Both the position numbers and the translations under genes were made by a program. Under the pieces are notes generated by a model. The model searched no databases and was not told where the DNA came from. It saw only the letters and a list, made by a program, of their open reading frames with translations. From NCBI RefSeq assembly GCF_003586065.1, contig NZ_CP028379.1: a stretch of 32,000 nt of DNA, one strand, 5' to 3'. The first letter of the stretch is position 1. Every line of letters starts with the position of its first letter. Source of the stretch: Escherichia coli O145 str. RM9872. GTDB taxonomy: Bacteria > Pseudomonadota > Gammaproteobacteria > Enterobacterales > Enterobacteriaceae. Below are positions 7,714 to 16,596 of this stretch, in pieces.

Positions 7714-8652
7714 TTACCCAGCTAAGCGACCCGATTGCCCCATACGATTCTGGACCTCAAGGAGATCGCGGACAGCGGATGTTATATCACGCAGACGAGT
7801 CGTGATATCATCCTGCGTTCTGCGAACGTCTTGTTTATACAGCTCCAGATTCCCCTGCTGGAAGTTTTCCAGCGACTTCGCACGTTGTTCATTAACCTCA
7901 TGAGTCGATTTGACGGACTCAGATATTGTTGTTGGCAACGTTTTCGTACCTTCAGCAAGACTGGTCACGGCAACAAATGCTGTGGTATTGGTCAGTTTAT
8001 CTACGGAATTCAACAACTTATTGATTCTGCTTGTCTTCTCGGCGGCGTCTGCAAGATCTTCAGCAAAGTCAGAGGCTTTCGCAACATCATCTGCAACGCC
8101 AGATGCACGGCTGGCTGCTTTCGTTGTTGTGGCCATCGCTTTCTGCATCGCACTGGATGCCTCCTCTGCGACATCAGCAACACTTTCCGTAGCCTTGACC
8201 AGAGCTTTATTTGCAACCTCAGAAGCCGCACCAGCAGCCTTTGAAGATGCAGAGCTTGCTTTTTCAGCAATCTCACCAGCCCCTTTAGCCGCGTTGTTCA
8301 TTGCTGCAAAAGAACCTAAGATCCCCAATGCTGATGAAATAATCCCGCCAACCAAAGCAGCGGTTGCCGCGGCTTTTTTTTCCTCAATAGCTTTATTCTG
8401 GCTCTCAAAAACGGCCTGCTGAATCTGATAGCTTTGCGCCAATTGTTTTTGTTGGTAATCCTGCAATAGAGTCACCATCTTGCCGAGGAGTTTTTGAATT
8501 TCCAGCATCAGCTTACAAATATCAACCTTACCATCAGTAAGCAGAGATGAATCAATTGATAAAGCAGATGCGGCAACTGCACTGGAAGCGCCGGTCGTAC
8601 TCTCCGAAGCGGAATTAACCATCGTTACTTGAGTATTATCAATAGTATTCAT
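7714..8652 (-). CDS. espB: T3SS translocator EspB
   Basis: 312 aa 'MNTIDNTQVTMVNSASESTTGASSAVAASALSIDSSLLTDGKVDICKLMLEIQKLL...'. Confidence 0.97.
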   Translation of the reverse strand: MNTIDNTQVTMVNSASESTTGASSAVAASALSIDSSLLTDGKVDICKLMLEIQKLLGKMVTLLQDYQQKQLAQSYQIQQAVFESQNKAIEEKKAAATAALVGGIISSALGILGSFAAMNNAAKGAGEIAEKASSASSKAAGAASEVANKALVKATESVADVAEEASSAMQKAMATTTKAASRASGVADDVAKASDFAEDLADAAEKTSRINKLLNSVDKLTNTTAFVAVTSLAEGTKTLPTTISESVKSTHEVNEQRAKSLENFQQGNLELYKQDVRRTQDDITTRLRDITSAVRDLLEVQNRMGQSGRLAG

Positions 8653-8672
8653 AATAAAATTCTCTTTAATAA

Positions 8673-9797
8673 TTAAATTCGGCCACTAACAATACGACTA
8701 TTTACCCGTGCTGAATCGGACATCAGTTGAGAAACACTTTGTAAATAGCTCGCCTGATTTTGTAACTCGCTTGCCGCTTTATCCAGCTCGAGCTTCGCAC
8801 TCTCACCTAAGCTTTCACTCTGTCGAGTTAAGTTTTGCACCGCGAAAGCAGCTAACTGAGACAACATTTGGAGTTGCGCAGCCTCATTATTCAACGCAGT
8901 TGTCCCGGCAGAACGAATACCGTTCGTAACGCCCTCAGCCACTGTCGAAATTTTTGCAAAAACGTTTTTAACCAGCGCTTCTGCCGCCTTCTCAACGACT
9001 TTTACAACGCTTGAGCCAATTTTGTTAGCAACATTACCAAATTTAGATAACAGTGAAGACACCCCGCCAACGCCGGCTGTCAGAATGCTTGCGGCCATAG
9101 ATATTCCGCCAAAGACCTGTGCTGCAGTCTTTAATCCCTGAGGGGCATTTTCCCCCATTACATCGACTGCCGTTTGCAGTGCCATTGCTGTTGCACCAAT
9201 GGCAACAACAGCCCAGAGTGCTGGGTTAAAAACAGCGGCAACGGCTGTTAATGCGACGCCCAACCAACCAAAGACCTGGCCAACAATTTTACTTTTTTGT
9301 GATTTCTCTTCGGCTTTCTGTTGTTCTTCGAGCTGTTTTTTATACTCCTGCGTTTTATTCTCCAGCGCTTTAGTTTGCCCATCCATATAAATCTCGTTAG
9401 AGTTTTTCAGACTCGAGACTTTCTGCGCGGAAGTATCCAGGGATAACAGAGTGACCATCATCATCATTTGCTGAGGGTCAACGGTATTCACCTGAGAGAG
9501 ATAGGGATAGCTTGTGCGCTGTGGCTCTGCCTCCTCAGTGCGACTTGTAACCTCACCACTAATACCACCAAACAATTTACTAAGGACATCCTCAGCAGCA
9601 GAGGGCGTCACTAATGAGTGACCTGCCGGCGGCGTCGGTAAAGGGCTACTTTCTGTCCAGCCTGCTGACGAGTTCATGGATTTAACCAGTTGTAAATCCA
9701 GCGATAAACCCGTTTCAGATTGAGTAATACCAGAAGTACCCGAGGCGGTATTAACCCCAGACGTTACAGACAGGGTATCGTTATTTACGTTAAGCAT
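8673..9797 (-). CDS. espD: T3SS translocator EspD
   Basis: 374 aa, hydrophobic segments plus C-terminal coiled-coil; canonical position. Confidence 0.97.
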   Translation of the reverse strand: MLNVNNDTLSVTSGVNTASGTSGITQSETGLSLDLQLVKSMNSSAGWTESSPLPTPPAGHSLVTPSAAEDVLSKLFGGISGEVTSRTEEAEPQRTSYPYLSQVNTVDPQQMMMMVTLLSLDTSAQKVSSLKNSNEIYMDGQTKALENKTQEYKKQLEEQQKAEEKSQKSKIVGQVFGWLGVALTAVAAVFNPALWAVVAIGATAMALQTAVDVMGENAPQGLKTAAQVFGGISMAASILTAGVGGVSSLLSKFGNVANKIGSSVVKVVEKAAEALVKNVFAKISTVAEGVTNGIRSAGTTALNNEAAQLQMLSQLAAFAVQNLTRQSESLGESAKLELDKAASELQNQASYLQSVSQLMSDSARVNSRIVSGRI

Positions 9798-9809
9798 AGT
9801 TATCTCCGG

Positions 9810-10388
9810 TTATTTACCAAGGGATATTGCTGAAATAGTTCTATATTGTAGAGATTGCACATCAGAACGTGCACTCGTTAAGAGATTTAATGTATTCGAC
9901 ATTTGCTGAATTTCGAGCTGGCTATTATTCACTACCGTTGTCAGGTTATTCGCTTTAGCTGAAATAGCCGCTTTCACTGTTTGCAGATCACCAGCGCTTA
10001 AATCACCACTAAGATCACTAATACCAGTTACACTAATGTCATTACGTGGATCTTTTATATAGTCAATCACGTCTTGAGGAAGTTTGGCTTTCGCATTCTT
10101 ATCAGTGCTACTCTGAACATCAGCAATTTTGGCATCCACAAGATTAGCCATCTTTTGTGCCGTGGTTGACGCTTTAGATGCCTCATTCATATCAGCAAAC
10201 TTTGCAATCGACAGATTACTTTGTGCCTGATACATATAAGAAAACATGAGAATCGCAGCCTGAAAAACACCGAGTTCCTCAAATAGCTTAACCACCTCAT
10301 CCTTCGACATATTACCTAAGTCATAGATCGTCGATGTCGAAGAACTCGCACTCACATTAACAACGGATGTTGCATTTGATGTATCCAT
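9810..10388 (-). CDS. espA: T3SS filament protein EspA
   Basis: 192 aa 'MDTSNATSVVNVSASSSTSTIYDLGNMSKDEVVKLFEELGVFQAAILMFSYMYQAQSNLSIAKFADMNEASKAS...'. Confidence 0.97.
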   Translation of the reverse strand: MDTSNATSVVNVSASSSTSTIYDLGNMSKDEVVKLFEELGVFQAAILMFSYMYQAQSNLSIAKFADMNEASKASTTAQKMANLVDAKIADVQSSTDKNAKAKLPQDVIDYIKDPRNDISVTGISDLSGDLSAGDLQTVKAAISAKANNLTTVVNNSQLEIQQMSNTLNLLTSARSDVQSLQYRTISAISLGK

Positions 10389-10445
10389 CTATATACCTCT
10401 TGATAATTTTTCTCAGGAAAACAAAAAAATATTGAGTAATTAATA

Positions 10446-11501
10446 TCAAATAATTTCCTCCTTATAGTCGATAACTTTACCAATCATTAATAATGCATTC
10501 TCTCTCTGCTCACTATCAATAAAGCAAGCATCTGGTAATGATGTAAAAAAGTCTTTCAATAAATGAAAATAATAAATATGTTTATCTTCGACAATCGATA
10601 CCCGAGAAGGACTCTCCAGCAACCAGTCTTCTGTTAGCCAGACATGTTCAATAATCGATAACACTTCATTTAAAATGATATCTTTATCTTTCTTAATAGA
10701 GATCGAAATAATATCTGCATAGTTATCAAGTGATAAAAAAATGATTACCCTGCATAAATCACTAATAATTGAAGATGTCTTTACTTTGTCTTCAAAAGAA
10801 GACATATAAGAGAGATCGAACGACAGCGCCCTAATAATGACTTTTAAGTGCTTCTCACGCTCGGGAAGATCCTTAATCTCCATAAACCAGTCAAGTAAAG
10901 AGGCGCCATTTTCAGAATCCTCATCCTTAGCCTTTTCATAAAGCTTCTTGATCTTCTGGATACCTTCCTGATTTAACTCACCCACCCCTAACCAGGAAAG
11001 CAGAGCCAGCTCCCAATCATCTTCGCCTAATAAATCTAATAATAACCTGGCATATTTCTTTTTTAATTCAATCTTAACAAACTTAGATTGCAATAAAGAA
11101 GATATTAGCGCAACAATTTCCCCCTTTGGCATGTTGCCAAACATCGCCAAAGTAGGATCGTGTTGTTCCAGCAGCCCGCTGTTTTTTAATGATAGTTCTT
11201 TTATTTTATCACTATCGGTAAGAGTAAGCAGCTCTTGCATATCATTGAGCAGCTTCTCGATTGTCGAGCCTTCCTCTTCTTTCCTTGCGCTACCTTTGCG
11301 ATATCCCAGGCTTAGCCCTTCAATCGTTTCAGAAAGCGATGAACTAGTAATCATTGCTAATTCATTTTGCAAATTTATTAATGGCGAAGAAATATTAGAA
11401 GAATTTTTTTGCGTTAATTGCTGAGATTCTAATTCAAAATCTAATGAATTAGAATTAAAAACAGATGCGGGGTTTTGATTAAATTCAATACCATTAGCCA
11501 T
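10446..11501 (-). CDS. sepL: T3SS secretion switch / gatekeeper SepL
   Basis: 351 aa 'MANGIEFNQNPASVFNSNSLDFELESQQLTQKNSSNISS...'; first gene of LEE4. Confidence 0.95.
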   Translation of the reverse strand: MANGIEFNQNPASVFNSNSLDFELESQQLTQKNSSNISSPLINLQNELAMITSSSLSETIEGLSLGYRKGSARKEEEGSTIEKLLNDMQELLTLTDSDKIKELSLKNSGLLEQHDPTLAMFGNMPKGEIVALISSLLQSKFVKIELKKKYARLLLDLLGEDDWELALLSWLGVGELNQEGIQKIKKLYEKAKDEDSENGASLLDWFMEIKDLPEREKHLKVIIRALSFDLSYMSSFEDKVKTSSIISDLCRVIIFLSLDNYADIISISIKKDKDIILNEVLSIIEHVWLTEDWLLESPSRVSIVEDKHIYYFHLLKDFFTSLPDACFIDSEQRENALLMIGKVIDYKEEII

Positions 11502-11643
11502 TGGAAACTCACGTAATCATTAATTATGAATATTCCATTAAATAGTACTGTACAACAGCTTCCTTTCTACTCTATTCTTAGACGATGTAAGTTCACCATA
11601 TTTTTTCTCATTGTTCAACCACCAGGATGAATAAAATTTAAAA
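11502..11643. promoter_or_regulatory. Divergent sepL (LEE4) / escD regulatory interval
   Basis: AT-rich gap between divergently transcribed sepL and escD; exact promoter boxes not assigned. Confidence 0.5.
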
Positions 11644-12864
11644 ATGTTATCCTCATATAAAATAAAACTTCTCAATGGTGCGATGCGTAATCGGGAATTA
11701 CAACTTCCGATGGGAAACCTAACGCTAGGTACGGAAGATAACGATATTGTTTACTTTCCCCTTGAACAAGGCCTCAATCAGTTTTTACTTGATATACGTG
11801 AGGAAGGTGTTTTCCTTTTATCTCCGGTTGAATTTTGGATTGATGGGCAACCCACGCCCTATGAAGCAGATAAACCATTACCTGTCGGAAAGGTTATTGA
11901 TATAGCGGGATGTTGCTTCATCATTGGTGATATTGACCATTCCTTGCCATTGTCTGATGTGCCAGAAAGGTTCTCTGCCAAAAGTCGACGCAAAAAACGC
12001 CTTATCCTGGCGAGCGTGATTGGTGCTACTTTTGCGTTGTCTGGTGCCATCGGCAGTTACGTTTTGCTTTCCCCAAAAGCTGAACCCCCAACGTTTACCA
12101 GAGCTGATGTATATCAGCAGCTAAAAGAAAACAAACTTCATGCAATCACTCTGGTATGGCATGGGAAAAATATCGCGCTTTATGGGCGTTGCGAATCAAC
12201 CACGGATTTAACTCCATTTTTTAACTACCTAAAAGAAAAAAATATTTTTTATTACAATAATATCATTTGCAATAACCAAATCATATCCGCAATTAATGAT
12301 GTCTTAACGGAATACGGTTACAAAGATATCATTATTACAAAAGGTAATAAGCCTGGATTCTTTCTGTTATCGGGATACATTCCCCCTTCACCCAAATGGA
12401 GCGAGGTTGAAAATCTGTTACTGAATACGCCAGGAGTTGCAGGATGGGAAATACACAACAACAGTAACAATAAAATCAATGAACTGGCATCAGAGTTTAA
12501 AAAGAATAAACTAATAAACTATGTCAATATTTTCAAAAAGAATGATGTCATCATTGTTGCGGGGGAAGTTTCTCAACAGAATGAGAGTAAGATCCTTGCC
12601 ATTATAAATGCAATGAACAAAAATAGTAACGCCAAGATACTCTTTCAGAACATTCAGCCGTACATTTCAGCAGATATTTTCCCCGGAAAAATACTCAGAA
12701 TCAGCGGTACGATGAAGAATCCAACAATTGCTCTTGATAATGGCACCAGCCTGGGGATTGGTAGCATTCTGAAAGGAGGCTATGTCATAGACGCGATTGA
12801 TCCTAAAGATGGTATCAACATCTCCCGCCCAGACGAATATATACATATTCCACTGTCGTATTAA
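11644..12864 (+). CDS. escD: T3SS inner-membrane ring protein EscD
   Basis: 406 aa; N-terminal FHA-like domain, single TM 'ILASVIGATFALSGAIGSYVLL'; between sepL and eae on the opposite strand as in the canonical LEE. Confidence 0.95.
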   Translation: MLSSYKIKLLNGAMRNRELQLPMGNLTLGTEDNDIVYFPLEQGLNQFLLDIREEGVFLLSPVEFWIDGQPTPYEADKPLPVGKVIDIAGCCFIIGDIDHSLPLSDVPERFSAKSRRKKRLILASVIGATFALSGAIGSYVLLSPKAEPPTFTRADVYQQLKENKLHAITLVWHGKNIALYGRCESTTDLTPFFNYLKEKNIFYYNNIICNNQIISAINDVLTEYGYKDIIITKGNKPGFFLLSGYIPPSPKWSEVENLLLNTPGVAGWEIHNNSNNKINELASEFKKNKLINYVNIFKKNDVIIVAGEVSQQNESKILAIINAMNKNSNAKILFQNIQPYISADIFPGKILRISGTMKNPTIALDNGTSLGIGSILKGGYVIDAIDPKDGINISRPDEYIHIPLSY

Positions 12865-12880
12865 TTTCTTATCCTCTTCC

Positions 12881-12900
12881 CCCTCTTCGGAGGGTTTTTT
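12881..12900 (+). terminator. Rho-independent terminator of escD
   Basis: CCCTC-TTCG-GAGGG-TTTTTT, UUCG tetraloop hairpin with T-tract. Confidence 0.85.
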
Positions 12901-13127
12901 ATTGTGTGGATGTTGTGAGCATAGTTGTTGCTTGATGTGATTCAGCTTTGGTATCAGCGTGGTTGGATCAACCTACATGAGAAAACGTGAATGTGTCTCT
13001 TTGAAAGAGACCTATTAAGCAGATAAAAAGACCAGTAGTAGATTTGATTATAAGAGGTTATTTCTTAAGAAGAAATAATTATGCCCCGACTAAAACAATA
13101 CATATTTTAGCCGGGGTGGTTATGGAA

Positions 13128-15932
13128 TTATTCTACACAAACCGCATAGACATTTGGAGTATTAACATTAACCCCAGGAAGAGGGTTTTGTGTTATTAGG
13201 TTATAAGTGCTTGATACTCCAGAACTCTGCTCACTAGATGTCTGTTTAATCCAAGCAGTTATTGAGTTCATAGAACTATAATGGCTATATTTATTTGCAG
13301 CCCCCCATGAGTCATAAATATCTGACAATACCGTCTGTGTGGATGGTAATAAATTTTTGCAAATGGACATAGCATCAGCATAATAGGCTTGCTTATCCAC
13401 TTTTATCATATACGACGGTGCTTTTATAGTGTAACTTACTGTTTGCTTATCACCAGATGTGGCTTTAATTACGACACTGCCTTTACCATTCAAAGTGACT
13501 TTCCCTGATGCATCGACAGTCGCGATACTGGTATTTTCTGAATACCATGAATATGTACCATCACCACCGCTTGCTTTCAGTTTAAACTGACCATATTGCA
13601 GCCAAATATTAGGCAACTCGCCTCTGACATTGTTACCAATAATATCAACCTTGTTGTCAATTTTCAGTTCATCAAAAAAAGTGACCTCAGTCGCTTTAAC
13701 CTCAGCCCCATCACTGACTGTCGCACTAACAGTCGCTTTACCGGTGGAACTGGAAGTTAGTGTTATCGTCGCACGACCATCATTTCCCGTGGTTGCTTGC
13801 GTTTGAGACTTACCGTTGAACATCCCAAAGTTTGTTGAGAATGTAACGGATTGATTATTAACTGGCTGACCGTTTTTCATAACTTTTACAGTATATTTAA
13901 TAGCATCCTTACCATTTGCTACTGCAGTTGTCTTATCAGCCTTAATCTCAGTAATGCTGGCCTTGGTTTGATCAAAAAATATAACCGCACTGGCATTAAG
14001 TGCTGAAGTCATCTCCGCGGTTTTAGCAGACACGACGACCTGTCCTGGCGTACTCGACTTCAACGTTACGGTTGCCTTACCGTTAGCATCCGTTTTGGCA
14101 CTATTTGCCCCAAGAGTTGCAGTTCCTGAAACAATATTAAATGAAACAGGGACATTAGCCTGAGCTACCCCATTCTTTTTCACCGTCGCGGTATAAGTAA
14201 TGGTATCGGCGTTATCCGCTTTAGCCGAAGTCTTATCCGCCGTAAAGTCCGTTACCCCAACCTGGTCGACAACTTGACCATTCGACAGAACGGTAATAGT
14301 AAGCTGTACATTGTTAGAGCTATTGCCATTACGGTCATAGGCGCGAGCCGTCACTTTATAAATATTGCTGCCACCTTGCACATAAGCAGGCAAAATAGCC
14401 TGGTAGTCTTGTGCGCTTTGGCTTCCGCTATGCTGAATCTGACCGCCCTGACTGCGTAATGCACTATCATCCCAGACGATACGATCCAGACCGTATTTGC
14501 TCTTAACGATCAACTGAATCTTCTGCGTACTGTGTTCAGTACCATTAATATCATGCGGAATATTCAGAGAAAGAATATCCTGCTTCTTGTACTCCAGAAT
14601 AATATTGTTATTACGCTGAACCAGATCGTAACGGCTGCCTGATAATGTTCTTAACTCGTTAACATACTGTGGTTCAATTTGCTGAGACCACGATTTATCA
14701 AACTGATAACGGAACTGCATTGAGTAAAGGAGATCATTTTCATTACCCGTACCATGACGGTAATCGATCCCCATCGTCACCAGAGGAATCGGAGTATAGT
14801 TTACACCAACGGTCGCCGCACCAGGATTCGACTGCAGCTTATCAGAATTAAACAAAGCAACATTATCACCATAATACTGCTCATATATCAGCTTGGCGCC
14901 TAATGCCGGATATGACGGTAGATAGCCATTAAAACGGATATCGAAGCCATTTGCTGGGCGCTCATCATAGTCTTTCTTATTGTATGACTCATGCCAGCCG
15001 CTCATGCGGAAATAGCCGTTAACGCTACTTTTGAAATAGTCTCGCCAGTATTCGCCACCAATACCTAAACGGGTATTATCACCAGAAAAATCCTGATCAA
15101 TGAAGACGTTATAGCCCAACATGTTTGCAGGAAGGAAAAAACGCTGACCCGCACCTAAATTTGCCGTAAAGCGGGAGTCAATGTAACGCGCTCCGACCTG
15201 ACCAAATGCCAGCATTTTTTCGGAATCATAGAACGGTAATAAGAAGTCCAGTGAACTACCGTCAAAGTTATTACCACTCTGCAGATTAACCTCTGCCGTC
15301 CCATAATGTTGTAACCAGGCCTGCAACTGTGACGAAGCCTGGTTACCAGCGATACCAAGAGCGGTATCTTTCGCGTAATCACCGTTCAGAGATCGCGACT
15401 GAAGCTGGCTACCGAGACTCGCCGCCTGTTGTGCCGCATAATTTAATGCCTTGTCATCGGTCATGTTGCTTTTGGTCACGTCCGGGGACATTTTAGTCAG
15501 TTTATTCGTGTGACCAGCAACACCACCTGCAGCAACAAGAGGTGCCGAACCTAAAAGTGGTAGTGCACTGTATTCAAAGGGAAGTTTTTTGAGTGGCAAA
15601 ATGATCTGCTGACCAGGCGCGGCCTTCATCATTTCGCTTTCAGAACTGTATAAATGCTTATTCAACGACCAAATCGTCGATAAATTAATATCTTGCGATT
15701 TAGAAAGATCGGCAACAGTTTCACCAGTTTTCAACGTATAAAAAAGGCGATTCTGATAGCTATCATGAGTTAACAGTTTTGAATCCGAACCCAATTTAAA
15801 ATAATTTTCACCATTTGCAAATGAATTCTGATTAACATAAAAAAACAATCCTAAACCAGCACTAAGCATAATCAATGTTTTTTTTAGCTTATGCTTGTGC
15901 CGGGTCCGGGTATAACAACCATGAGTAATCAT
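13128..15932 (-). CDS. eae: Intimin, gamma-type outer-membrane adhesin
   Basis: 934 aa from 'MITHGCYTRTRHKHKLKKTLIMLSAGLGLFFYVNQ'; LysM, beta-barrel, Big domains, C-terminal lectin-like domain ending 'NPLPGVNVNTPNVYAVCVE'. The ORF track start at 15950 is upstream of the conventional start. Confidence 0.98.
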   Translation of the reverse strand: MITHGCYTRTRHKHKLKKTLIMLSAGLGLFFYVNQNSFANGENYFKLGSDSKLLTHDSYQNRLFYTLKTGETVADLSKSQDINLSTIWSLNKHLYSSESEMMKAAPGQQIILPLKKLPFEYSALPLLGSAPLVAAGGVAGHTNKLTKMSPDVTKSNMTDDKALNYAAQQAASLGSQLQSRSLNGDYAKDTALGIAGNQASSQLQAWLQHYGTAEVNLQSGNNFDGSSLDFLLPFYDSEKMLAFGQVGARYIDSRFTANLGAGQRFFLPANMLGYNVFIDQDFSGDNTRLGIGGEYWRDYFKSSVNGYFRMSGWHESYNKKDYDERPANGFDIRFNGYLPSYPALGAKLIYEQYYGDNVALFNSDKLQSNPGAATVGVNYTPIPLVTMGIDYRHGTGNENDLLYSMQFRYQFDKSWSQQIEPQYVNELRTLSGSRYDLVQRNNNIILEYKKQDILSLNIPHDINGTEHSTQKIQLIVKSKYGLDRIVWDDSALRSQGGQIQHSGSQSAQDYQAILPAYVQGGSNIYKVTARAYDRNGNSSNNVQLTITVLSNGQVVDQVGVTDFTADKTSAKADNADTITYTATVKKNGVAQANVPVSFNIVSGTATLGANSAKTDANGKATVTLKSSTPGQVVVSAKTAEMTSALNASAVIFFDQTKASITEIKADKTTAVANGKDAIKYTVKVMKNGQPVNNQSVTFSTNFGMFNGKSQTQATTGNDGRATITLTSSSTGKATVSATVSDGAEVKATEVTFFDELKIDNKVDIIGNNVRGELPNIWLQYGQFKLKASGGDGTYSWYSENTSIATVDASGKVTLNGKGSVVIKATSGDKQTVSYTIKAPSYMIKVDKQAYYADAMSICKNLLPSTQTVLSDIYDSWGAANKYSHYSSMNSITAWIKQTSSEQSSGVSSTYNLITQNPLPGVNVNTPNVYAVCVE

Positions 15933-15991
15933 GTTATGGCTCCACCACAATGAGTTAGAATGAGAAATAAATTATATTAATAGATCGGATT

Positions 15992-16462
15992 TTATCTTCC
16001 GGCGTAATAATGTTTATTGTCGCTTGAACTGATTTCCTCTATTTTCATATGTTCGTTTTCTAATGTTATTCCCTGATTATGTAATACCAAATACAGGTTT
16101 TCCATTGACTTAACAACGACTTCTATTTCATTCTCGAGTTTTTCAGGGGTAGCATCATCGAGAGGGAAACGTAACGCTAACAACAGCGATTGTGCTCCAG
16201 CCTCATAGCACAGATATGGCCCACCATTCTCTGCAAACCATAAGTTTGCATTCAAAATCTCAAGAGCGAAGTTAGAGTTATCTGTCGGGAATTTCCCACA
16301 GACACCATAAATCATCATATATTCGTCATTGGCATCAGATAACGAAATATAATAAATTTCATCAATAGCAAAAGAACACAATCTGTTTTCATTAAATGAA
16401 ATAGATCCAATACCAATTTTTTCTGCAAATTTTTCTAATAAAAGTTCAGATCTTGATGACAT
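15992..16462 (-). CDS. cesT: Tir/multi-effector chaperone CesT
   Basis: 156 aa '[43 protein letters not shown]...' between tir and eae. Confidence 0.97.
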
Positions 16463-16596
16463 TGTATTTTCTCTTAATTAAATTTATATTTACAGAAGCT
16501 CAAGAGTTGCCCATCCTGCAATGTTATTCCCTGAAAAATTGACGTTAGTTAGACTTCCCCCCTCCCTCCCTCTAAATAAAATGATTATGGATATAT

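Noticed and set aside
7735-8422. Plus-strand ORFs of 169-170 aa antisense to espB
   Set aside because: Antisense to a strongly supported espB; low-complexity composition mirrors the Ala/Ser-rich EspB codons.
15932-15950. Upstream start for eae (MWWSHN extension)
   Set aside because: Conventional intimin start is MITHG at 15932, giving 934 aa.
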